Sequence record: MZ234011.1 | Length of the DNA stretch: 40,482 nt | Strand: one strand, 5' to 3' | Origin: Escherichia phage vB_EcoP-22664UKE3-2 | Shown here: in pieces, positions 9,748-17,076 of the stretch | Layout of the letters: each line of letters starts with the position of its first letter | How positions within the stretch are numbered: position 1 is the first letter of the stretch | Notes under the pieces: generated by a model | What the model saw: only the letters and a program-made list of their open reading frames with translations | What the model was told of the DNA's origin: nothing | Database searches by the model: none | Program-made: the position numbers and the translations under genes

Positions 9748-9980
9748 TTAACGCAATCATGGTAACGATTCATGAGCGGAAGACCTAAGGTCAGTACGTG
9801 GATAAAGACTCACTCTACTGACCTTAGCTACTGTAGTCAAGGACTTTAGGTAACACCTTAAGAGAAGCTCACTTAGGGTCATCCTACTTATTGGTCTATC
9901 CTAGTGTCGCCTGACCTACGGTCCTTGACCTACAGTGGCTGTGGTCTACAGTAGTGACGATGAGTTTTGGACCAAAAGTT

Positions 9981-10180
9981 TGAGACCACATCTCACAGTT
10001 CAAGAACTTCAAGTCTCCCCCATAGGCCTCTTTCAGTCCAGACCAAAGGCCCTACCCCAGTCTATCATAAGGTTGGACCGATGGTCAAGACTTCAGGTCA
10101 ACGATAGGTTGTGGCTATGGCTTAGGGAAGGACGATAGGTTGGGACTATGGGTCTGTCTTTGAGTCTCTATCTGTATCAG
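9981..10180 (+). repeat. Putative genome left end / terminal-repeat region (approximate boundaries)
   Basis: TCTCACAGT...TCTCCCCCATAGG resembles the T7 left-terminal sequence as I recall it; lies between the phiOR-like promoter and the host-promoter cluster. Confidence 0.35.
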
Positions 10181-10193
10181 ACCTTGAGTCACT

Positions 10194-10257
10194 ACCTACA
10201 GTCTAACTACCTACAGTCATCGACCATCGGTAATGCCGCTACCTACAGTCATCGACC
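10194..10257 (+). repeat. Short direct repeats ACCTACAGTC(ATCGACC) x3, analogous to the T7 end-proximal short repeat arrays
   Basis: ACCTACAGTC at 10194, 10209 and 10241; the last two extend to the 17-mer ACCTACAGTCATCGACC. Confidence 0.6.
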
Positions 10258-10376
10258 TACGGTTAATAGACACAAGGATATAGACTTAAGGTCTAATACA
10301 TGTTAGTCAAAGACTATATCCTCTTAGTCACTATGGGGCCGACGATAGCTTAATCAATATTATTTAAGATTACCTA

Positions 10377-10412
10377 TTGACTACAGGTCCAGACTATGGC
10401 TTAATATCTTCC
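10377..10412 (+). promoter_or_regulatory. Candidate host sigma70 early promoter (A1-like): TTGACT -35 with weak -10
   Basis: TTGACT at 10377-10382; a CTTAAT/TAATAT-like -10 follows at 17-19 nt; position matches the T7 A1-A3 cluster. Confidence 0.35.
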
Positions 10413-10517
10413 GTCAACACGACACGGCAACAACCGGATAGTGAAGACGCCGGGTCATCCCGGTTAAGTAGACAGCCTGATAAGTCATACGAACAACAGG
10501 CAGATGACAGAAAGTAG

Positions 10518-10547
10518 TTGACAAGATGTACCGACTTAAAGTAGTAT
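10518..10547 (+). promoter_or_regulatory. Host sigma70 early promoter (A3-like): TTGACA - 18 nt - TAGTAT
   Basis: TTGACAAGATGTACCGACTTAAAGTAGTATGTACCACATC closely parallels T7 A3 as I recall it, including the GTACCACAT start region. Confidence 0.5.
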
Positions 10548-10660
10548 GTACCACATCAACACGAAACAACGGTGACGACCAACACTGAAACGGTCTACCT
10601 GAAGTCCTCTGACTGAAGGGAATGCTCTTTAACAATCTGGATAAACTCTTAATGTGCGCC

Positions 10661-10723
10661 GACAGTGATTAACTACAGGGTCTTTGAGTCTACATCTGAA
10701 GGCCCTGACTGATAGTCACTAAC
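10661..10723 (+). promoter_or_regulatory. Repeated hairpin element, family 1 copy A (putative RNase III site before first early gene)
   Basis: AGTGATTAACTACAGG...CCTGACTGATAGTCACTAAC; imperfect inverted repeat; nearly identical to copy D at 12156. Confidence 0.5.
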
Positions 10724-10730
10724 TTAACGG

Positions 10731-10985
10731 ATGGACACTATGAAACACTTAAGCACAATCACTAATCGCAATGAAGTATTCGTGAACACTAAAGGTTATG
10801 CGTGGATTCAGCTTAAAGAGATGAGAGGAGCGCGTCACCGTGTGGTAGTTCGCAAGGTATCAAGCAAGCCGTTCAGCAACTACAGCGTAGATACTATGCG
10901 TATAGACAACGAGACTTACCTGATAGACTCGCAGATAACCGTGCGTCCTACAGCGGGCATCTCAGCTCCTTATTTCGCTAACTGA
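10731..10985 (+). CDS. Hypothetical early protein (84 aa, basic)
   Basis: ORF with RBS-like GGATGGA upstream; first gene after the host promoters; bracketed by family-1 hairpins; no similarity I can recognise. Confidence 0.6.
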   Translation: MDTMKHLSTITNRNEVFVNTKGYAWIQLKEMRGARHRVVVRKVSSKPFSNYSVDTMRIDNETYLIDSQITVRPTAGISAPYFAN

Positions 10986-11040
10986 GAGTGATTAACTACA
11001 GGTCGTTAGACTGATAGCGGCCTGACTGATAGTCACTAGC
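10985..11040 (+). promoter_or_regulatory. Repeated hairpin element, family 1 copy B (putative RNase III site)
   Basis: Same outer arms as copy A with inner variant GTCGTTAGACTGATAGCGGCC; near-identical to copy C. Confidence 0.5.
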
Positions 11041-11058
11041 AACCTAAGAGGATTCATT

Positions 11059-11337
11059 ATGAGACTGAACAAAGCTACAGCAGAAGCCTTTCGCAAGGAG
11101 CTTGAATCAAGATTATTGTGTGGAGTGGCGGAAGGAGCCGCTCGATATAAAGAGAATGGTCTAACGTTCAAGCGCTTTATGTGGGATTGCTATCACGGAG
11201 TGGGCCATAAAAAGTCGCAGGAAATAATCACCAGCAACAATGCGGAAGTGCAAGTGATAGGAGGATACATGGCTAACGTGAAGGATTCACACATAGAGAC
11301 AATGCTTAAGAATGCACTTAAAGATGTAGCCTACTAG
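11059..11337 (+). CDS. Hypothetical early protein (92 aa)
   Basis: ORF with RBS AAGAGGA upstream; between hairpin copies B and C; no recognisable similarity. Confidence 0.6.
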   Translation: MRLNKATAEAFRKELESRLLCGVAEGAARYKENGLTFKRFMWDCYHGVGHKKSQEIITSNNAEVQVIGGYMANVKDSHIETMLKNALKDVAY

Positions 11338-11388
11338 TGATTAACTACAGGTCGTTAGACTGATAGCGGCCTGACTGATAGTCACTAA
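11333..11388 (+). promoter_or_regulatory. Repeated hairpin element, family 1 copy C (putative RNase III site before ocr)
   Basis: Near-identical to copy B. Confidence 0.5.
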
Positions 11389-11417
11389 CACATAATTAAC
11401 TTTGAGAGGATATAACT

Positions 11418-11924
11418 ATGGAACGTAATGCTAACGCATACTATGAGCTGCTGGCTGCAACCGTTGAGGCATTTATCGAGCGTATTCAGTACGACCACCT
11501 GACTCAAGATGATGACTACAGCGATGCGCTGCATGAGGTCGTAGACGGTCAGGTTCCACACTATTACCACGAGATTTTTACGGTGATGGCTGCTGATGGT
11601 ATAGACCACGAGTTCGAAGACTCTGGGCTGATGCCTGAAACCAAGGACGTAACGCGTATCCTACAAGCTCGCATCTATGAGGCGCTTTATAACGATGTGT
11701 CTAATAGCTTGGATGTAGTCTGGTTTGAGGATGAAGAGGCAGAAGAAGAGGATGAATATTGGGTAGTTGACGCTAAAACAGGCGCAATAATTGTGCAAGC
11801 TGTAGCTCTTGAGGTCGCTACTGCATGTACCAAGGTTAACTATGCGGCAGGTCGCCACCTGAAGGTGGAAGACATCAATGATAACGTAGTGTTCGACCCT
11901 GCGGCTGAGGACTGCGAGCGATGA
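11418..11924 (+). CDS. ocr: Ocr-like anti-restriction DNA-mimic protein (T7 gp0.3 homologue), 168 aa with C-terminal extension
   Basis: [43 protein letters not shown] matches T7 Ocr ([43 protein letters not shown]) as I recall it; highly acidic. Confidence 0.85.
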   Translation: MERNANAYYELLAATVEAFIERIQYDHLTQDDDYSDALHEVVDGQVPHYYHEIFTVMAADGIDHEFEDSGLMPETKDVTRILQARIYEALYNDVSNSLDVVWFEDEEAEEEDEYWVVDAKTGAIIVQAVALEVATACTKVNYAAGRHLKVEDINDNVVFDPAAEDCER

Positions 11925-12091
11925 TAACTTACGGTTTATGCCAGCACCACGTCACCAACGCCCGACTTATGGTCAAGACCGGGCGGTTAACCCATGATGA
12001 GACTATGCGTCTCCTGAAGGTGGTCTACAAGCGCCGCAAGCGCATACACGACAGTTTGCACGCTGAGGATAACCAACAATGCTCCAGATAA
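11921..12091 (+). CDS. Small hypothetical early ORF (56 aa)
   Basis: ATG overlaps the ocr stop (ATGA); manual translation [56 protein letters not shown]. Confidence 0.3.
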   Translation: MITYGLCQHHVTNARLMVKTGRLTHDETMRLLKVVYKRRKRIHDSLHAEDNQQCSR

Positions 12092-12155
12092 CTTATAGCA
12101 GCGAACAAGCGTTCTACGACGGGTGCTACGAGATGATGAAGCGCGATACTTGCTA

Positions 12156-12220
12156 GCGACAGTGATTAACTACAGGGTCTTTGAGTCTACATCTGAAGGC
12201 CCTGACTGATAGCCACTAAC
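12156..12220 (+). promoter_or_regulatory. Repeated hairpin element, family 1 copy D (putative RNase III site)
   Basis: One mismatch relative to copy A over about 60 bp. Confidence 0.5.
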
Positions 12221-12236
12221 AACTGAGAGGACAGAT

Positions 12237-12464
12237 ATGAACACAATCACTGGTGCCATAGCCAAAGGTTTTCGAGCAATTTTCAGTGAATCGCAAGAAG
12301 TATGCACCAATCATAAATTCGTACTTTCTTGCGTAGTAGGGGACGAGTTTGACGGATTCGATAAACTGGTGGTTTGCGACCATTGTGGACAAGAGGCTAT
12401 CCAACGCTCAAACGGTAAATTTGAATTAATAGACGATAGCCTTACAGAAGGAGACGGCGAGTAA
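12237..12464 (+). CDS. Hypothetical early protein (75 aa) with Cys pairs (possible zinc ribbon)
   Basis: RBS GAGAGGA upstream; two Cys pairs including CDHC. Confidence 0.5.
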   Translation: MNTITGAIAKGFRAIFSESQEVCTNHKFVLSCVVGDEFDGFDKLVVCDHCGQEAIQRSNGKFELIDDSLTEGDGE

Positions 12465-12596
12465 CCTAGATAAACAGGAGAGAACCAAATCGTAGCTTGA
12501 CCATAACGCTGACAGGTGGATACTGAGTGATAGACGAGAGGCCGTCGAATGATAGGTGGCCTCAAAGATTATCACTTGAATTAATAGGAGTTAACT

Positions 12597-12686
12597 ATGA
12601 GTGTGGGATATTGGGTCTGCCTAGCGCCAGTTATCTGGATGATAGGCTATGGGTTATACGACTGTATTAAACGGAAATCACTATGA
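12597..12686 (+). CDS. Small hydrophobic ORF (29 aa)
   Basis: RBS TAGGAG 6 nt upstream; MSVGYWVCLAPVIWMIGYGLYDCIKRKSL; N-terminus paralogous to the next ORF (IGYGL). Confidence 0.3.
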   Translation: MSVGYWVCLAPVIWMIGYGLYDCIKRKSL

Positions 12687-12880
12687 GTATTGCACTATTG
12701 ATAGCCATAGGCTATGGACTTATCGCATACGTGCTGGTGAGAGACATCAACAAGGCACGTAAAGTCTATAAATTCAACTATGTACGTATGGTCCGCTGGA
12801 CTGTACGTCAACCTAACGGACGATTCCTGCGCAATTTAGCGAACGTCTGGGATATAGCAACTCTTGGGAGCAAACTGTAA
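12683..12880 (+). CDS. Small membrane protein (65 aa)
   Basis: Start overlaps the previous stop (ATGA); N-terminal hydrophobic segment LLIAIGYGLIAYVLV then basic tail. Confidence 0.45.
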   Translation: MSIALLIAIGYGLIAYVLVRDINKARKVYKFNYVRMVRWTVRQPNGRFLRNLANVWDIATLGSKL

Positions 12881-13206
12881 TGAACAAGTCATACGGGATT
12901 AATCTGGTACACTCTATGGACGCAGAAATGAACATGTTAAGCCTACTGGCTACCGGGTATCGTCACGGAACGTCAAGTCACACCGCACGTCAACAGCAGG
13001 AGAGGGACCGTGTACTACAGGCGCGACTCCGGGCAGAGGGCCATAAGTCCGAACTGATGTGTCTGGCGTATGGCGGACGACCGATCACTGACGATGGTAA
13101 ACTTCTGGTATCAGGCTGGAAGGCGATAGACCAACGGTCAACCATCAAGCACACGACTCACGGTGACTTCAGCCATCTCCACGCTAACCCACTGATATGC
13201 AAGTGA
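12880..13206 (+). CDS. Hypothetical early protein (108 aa)
   Basis: ORF in the early region immediately upstream of the RNAP gene; no recognisable similarity. Confidence 0.5.
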   Translation: MNKSYGINLVHSMDAEMNMLSLLATGYRHGTSSHTARQQQERDRVLQARLRAEGHKSELMCLAYGGRPITDDGKLLVSGWKAIDQRSTIKHTTHGDFSHLHANPLICK

Positions 13207-13211
13207 TTATG

Positions 13212-13234
13212 ACTTAACTATCACTATAGGACTC
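13212..13234 (+). promoter_or_regulatory. Phage RNAP promoter immediately upstream of the RNAP gene (CTTAACTATCACTATAGGACTC)
   Basis: Full promoter core 70 nt upstream of the gene 1 start. Confidence 0.6.
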
Positions 13235-13303
13235 AAGGTCTAAGACTCCAAGTGAAAGACCAAAGAGACTTTAAGTGAAAGACTAATAACAAGGACTTTA
13301 AGT

Positions 13304-15985
13304 ATGAGCGTCATCTCTATTGACAAACACGACTTCTCTGATGTGTCGAACGCCATTGAGCCGTTTAACCTGCTGGCTGACCACTACGGGCAAGACCTTG
13401 CAGTCAAACAGCTTCAGCTTGAGCATGAGGCCTACACTGAAGGTGAGCGACGTTTCATCAAGAACCTTGAGCGTCAGACCGAGCGAGGGGAACTGGCAGA
13501 CAATCAGGTCGCCAAGCCTTTGATGCAGACTCTGGTTCCTAAGATTGCGCAAGCCGTCAAGGAGTGGCACGAAGGTCCAGACGGGAAGCTGTCAACCTCA
13601 CGTCCGAGCGTAGCGTTCACCATGTTAAGCACTGAAGAGAAGGCCGTCAAGGACCGCTCTCTTCGCATCTCCTGCGAGTCTGCTGCGGTTATCATACTGA
13701 AGGTCATCCTCTCCAAGCTGGTCAAGCCTGAAGGTATACCGATTACACCGATGGCCTCCGCGATAGGTCGCACACTTGAGGATGAAATCCGATTCGGTCG
13801 CATTCGTGACAAGGAGAAGGAGCACTTCAAGAAGGCGATAGCTGATAACCTGAACAAGAGAGCCGGGGCATCATACAAGAAAGCCTACATGCAAGCGGTC
13901 GAGACATCCATGCTGGAGCAAGGCCAACTAGAAGATGCGTGGGGAACTTGGAGTCCGACCGAGGCTGTCCACGTTGGAATCAAGATGCTGGAGATTGTCA
14001 TACAGTCAACACAACTGGTCGAGCTTAAGCGTTACGGTGCTGGCAATGCAGCGGCTGACGTTGAGATGGTCCACCTGTCAGACTTCTGGGTCAAGAAGAT
14101 GGCACAACGAGGATTCAGCCTTGCGGGTATCGCCCCAGTCTACCAGCCTTGCGTCGTTCCGCCTAAGCCGTGGACTGGTGTCGTAGGCGGTGGGTATTGG
14201 GCCAAAGGTCGAAGACCATTGCCACTGATTCGCTTAGGGTCTAAGTCTGCGGTAGCACGTTATGAAGACGTATACATGCCTGAAGTCTATGAAGCTGTGA
14301 ATATCATCCAGAATACACCTTGGAAAGTGAACAAGAAGGTATTGGACGTGGTGAACAGGGTCGAGAAGCTGAACAACACGCCTATTAATGACATCCCTCA
14401 GATGGAACCGCTGAAGCCTGAGGACTATGCTGGTGAAACCGAGGAGGAACTCAAGGCATGGAAGAAGGCTGCTGCTGGTATCTATCGCCGCGAGAAGGCC
14501 AGACAGTCACGCAGATTATCACTGAGCTTTATCGTTAACCAAGCAAACAAGTTCTCTCAGTTCAAGGCCATCTGGTTCCCGTACAACATGGATTGGCGAG
14601 GTCGTGTCTACGCTGTCCCGATGTTCAACCCTCAGGGTAACGACATGCAGAAGGGGCTCCTGACTCTGGCAGTCGGCAAGCCTATTGGTGCTGACGGTTT
14701 CAAATGGCTGAAGGTCCACGGTGCAAACTGTGCGGGTGTCGATAAAGTCACCTTCGATGAGCGCATCAAGTGGGTGGAAGACAACCACGAAAACATCATG
14801 GCTGCTGCTAAGGCACCGATGGATAGCATTGAGTGGTGGGGCAAGTTAGACTCTCCGTTCTGCTTCCTAGCGTTCTGCTTCGAGTATGCTGGCGTAATGC
14901 ACCACGGCTTGTCTTACTCCTGCTCGCTGCCGATAGCGTTCGATGGGTCCTGCTCTGGGATTCAGCACTTCAGCGCTATGCTTCGCGACCACATCGGTGG
15001 ACATGCAGTAAACCTGACGCCATCCGGTAAGGTCCAAGACATCTACCGCATCGTGTCTGACCGCATTGAGGAGGAGCTTAAAGTCCTACTGGTTAACGGT
15101 ACGGACAACGAGATGGTAACTCACGAGGACAAGAAAACTGGTGAGATTACCGAGCGTCTCAAGCTGGGGACACGAGAGCTTGCCCGTCAGTGGCTGACCT
15201 ACGGTATGTCACGAAAGGTCACTAAGCGTTCGGTCATGACTCTGGCCTACGGGTCGAAAGAGTACGGCTTCGCAGGCCAAGTTTACGAGGACATCGTGAT
15301 GCCAGCGATTGACTCAGGGTCTGGCGCTATGTTCACTGAACCAAGCCAAGCATCTCGCTTCATGGCTAAGATGATTTGGGAAGCTGTGAGTGTGACCGTA
15401 GTTGCTGCGGTTGACGCGATGAAATGGCTTCAGGGTGCTGCCAAGCTGCTTGCTGCTGAAGTGAAGGACAAGAAGACTGGAGAAATCCTGAAGCCTTGTC
15501 TTCCGGTACACTGGGTCACACCTGATGGTTTCCCTGTCTGGCAGGAATACCGAAAGAAGGACACCACTCGTCTGAACCTGATGTTCTTAGGGTCATTCAA
15601 CCTTCAGCCTACCGTCAACAAAGGCACGAAGAAAGAGCTGGACAAGCACAAGCAGGAGTCAGGCATTAGCCCGAACTTCGTCCACTCACAAGATGGTAGC
15701 CACCTCCGCAAGACTGTAGTCCACACGCACCGCAAATATGGCGTGATGTCATTCGCAGTGATTCACGATAGCTTCGGGACCATCCCGGCTGACGCTGAGT
15801 ATCTGTTCCGTGGAGTCCGTGAGACGATGGTCGAGACCTACCGCGACAACGATGTGCTGCTTGACTTCTACGAGCAGTTTGAATACCAGCTTCACGAGAG
15901 CCAGAGAGACAAGTTGCCTGAGCTTCCTAAGAAAGGTAAACTGAATATCGAAGACATCTTGTCTTCAGACTTTGCATTCGCTTAA
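13304..15985 (+). CDS. 1: DNA-directed RNA polymerase, single-subunit (T7 gp1-like)
   Basis: 893 aa; N-terminus DKHDFSDVSNAIEPFNLLADHYG...LEHEAYTEGERRF...ADNQVAKPL parallels T7 RNAP; C-terminal FAFA like T7. Confidence 0.97.
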   Translation: MSVISIDKHDFSDVSNAIEPFNLLADHYGQDLAVKQLQLEHEAYTEGERRFIKNLERQTERGELADNQVAKPLMQTLVPKIAQAVKEWHEGPDGKLSTSRPSVAFTMLSTEEKAVKDRSLRISCESAAVIILKVILSKLVKPEGIPITPMASAIGRTLEDEIRFGRIRDKEKEHFKKAIADNLNKRAGASYKKAYMQAVETSMLEQGQLEDAWGTWSPTEAVHVGIKMLEIVIQSTQLVELKRYGAGNAAADVEMVHLSDFWVKKMAQRGFSLAGIAPVYQPCVVPPKPWTGVVGGGYWAKGRRPLPLIRLGSKSAVARYEDVYMPEVYEAVNIIQNTPWKVNKKVLDVVNRVEKLNNTPINDIPQMEPLKPEDYAGETEEELKAWKKAAAGIYRREKARQSRRLSLSFIVNQANKFSQFKAIWFPYNMDWRGRVYAVPMFNPQGNDMQKGLLTLAVGKPIGADGFKWLKVHGANCAGVDKVTFDERIKWVEDNHENIMAAAKAPMDSIEWWGKLDSPFCFLAFCFEYAGVMHHGLSYSCSLPIAFDGSCSGIQHFSAMLRDHIGGHAVNLTPSGKVQDIYRIVSDRIEEELKVLLVNGTDNEMVTHEDKKTGEITERLKLGTRELARQWLTYGMSRKVTKRSVMTLAYGSKEYGFAGQVYEDIVMPAIDSGSGAMFTEPSQASRFMAKMIWEAVSVTVVAAVDAMKWLQGAAKLLAAEVKDKKTGEILKPCLPVHWVTPDGFPVWQEYRKKDTTRLNLMFLGSFNLQPTVNKGTKKELDKHKQESGISPNFVHSQDGSHLRKTVVHTHRKYGVMSFAVIHDSFGTIPADAEYLFRGVRETMVETYRDNDVLLDFYEQFEYQLHESQRDKLPELPKKGKLNIEDILSSDFAFA

Positions 15986-16000
15986 CAACAGGAGAAGTAT

Positions 16001-16231
16001 ATGTCAATGAAACTTGTAGCACACAACAGGGTATTCAACGATGGGTCGGGACGTTGCCATGTAGAGCTGACTTATAAGGATTTAATCATTCTCCGAGACA
16101 GATTACAGTCGGGTGTGACTGGGTGGATTCAACCTAACGAGTACAACCTTATAGCTTCGATTGATGAAGTTCTTAACGCGTGGATGGAAGACGAGCGCAT
16201 TCAGTATCCGTCATTCCCTCTAATTAGATAA
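16001..16231 (+). CDS. Hypothetical protein (76 aa)
   Basis: ORF with RBS CAGGAGAAG upstream, between RNAP and the phi1.1-like promoter. Confidence 0.5.
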   Translation: MSMKLVAHNRVFNDGSGRCHVELTYKDLIILRDRLQSGVTGWIQPNEYNLIASIDEVLNAWMEDERIQYPSFPLIR

Positions 16232-16241
16232 GGAGAGAGTT

Positions 16242-16457
16242 ATGAAATTTGCACACAAGCATACTGGCGTTAATGGTGGGACTCAAATCGTGACCGTAAC
16301 AGAACACAACGGCAAGGGTCTGGTGAAGACCACGGTCATCCCTACCGAGATGTCCAAGCAGCTTAACATCCCGTTCAAGACTCTTGTATATCTGGTCGAG
16401 TCCAGCCACGAGAAGTACCTGAAGGACGCAGTGTCCAAGCTGGAGCAGGCCAAATGA
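16242..16457 (+). CDS. Hypothetical protein (71 aa)
   Basis: ORF with RBS AAGGAGAG upstream. Confidence 0.5.
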   Translation: MKFAHKHTGVNGGTQIVTVTEHNGKGLVKTTVIPTEMSKQLNIPFKTLVYLVESSHEKYLKDAVSKLEQAK

Positions 16458-16532
16458 CAGACATACAGTTACTGGCCCTGTGGCTGGGAGCACTCGCAGT
16501 ATTCACTTTAATCCAACGCAGAAGAGGTTAAC

Positions 16533-16555
16533 CCTAAACTATCACTATAGGCTTA
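16533..16555 (+). promoter_or_regulatory. Phage RNAP promoter (CCTAAACTATCACTATAGGCTTA), phi1.1-like
   Basis: Full promoter core upstream of gene 1.1. Confidence 0.6.
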
Positions 16556-16598
16556 GACTCAAGGTCATGACTCAAAGTCGTGGCCTTCATGATTAACC
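16553..16598 (+). promoter_or_regulatory. Conserved RNA hairpin, family 2; putative RNase III site (R1.1-like)
   Basis: AGACTCAAGGTCAT...GTGGCCTTCATGATTAAC; same motif as at 6541 and 23779. Confidence 0.4.
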
Positions 16599-16628
16599 CT
16601 AAATAAACACTACTGGAGATTTAACCGT

Positions 16629-16808
16629 ATGTATCAGAACACTATCAACTTCGAGCGCATCCGTGAACGTCAGCAGACTGAAGGTTACATCCCTAAGGGC
16701 CGCAAGCTGAACAAGACTAAACGTGGCGGTGGTATCAAAGGCGCTTTCAGAAACGCTGAAGGTAAAGACTCTCTGGTCAACCAAGAGAAATACTTCGTAG
16801 GAGCATAA
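16629..16808 (+). CDS. gp1.1-like small basic protein (59 aa)
   Basis: Manual translation contains KGRKLNKTKR, matching T7 gp1.1 as I recall it. Confidence 0.6.
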   Translation: MYQNTINFERIRERQQTEGYIPKGRKLNKTKRGGGIKGAFRNAEGKDSLVNQEKYFVGA

Positions 16809-16812
16809 CTCT

Positions 16813-17076
16813 ATGGGCCGACTTTATAGTGGCAACATCAACGCTTTCAGAGCAGCGTGTAACAGGCTTTATCAGTTAGACTTCTGCGTGATACAGCAGG
16901 ACTGGTACGACGCGCATCTTCGGAAAGAGTGCATGAGACTTCAAGTCGAGGACCGAGCTGGTAACATCTTCGCGCTTGAGACCTTCGCACACTACGATGA
17001 AGACGTGCTGTATAATACCGCAACCGACTACCTCAACGGTCTCGCTGACCATCTCGACACATGGAGCAAAGAATAA
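16813..17076 (+). CDS. gp1.2-like protein (host dGTPase inhibitor homologue)
   Basis: MGRLYSGNINAFRAACNRLYQLDFCVIQQDWYDAHLRKECMRLQVEDRAGN parallels T7 gp1.2 (MGRLYSGNLAAFKAATNKLFQLD...). Confidence 0.85.
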   Translation: MGRLYSGNINAFRAACNRLYQLDFCVIQQDWYDAHLRKECMRLQVEDRAGNIFALETFAHYDEDVLYNTATDYLNGLADHLDTWSKE

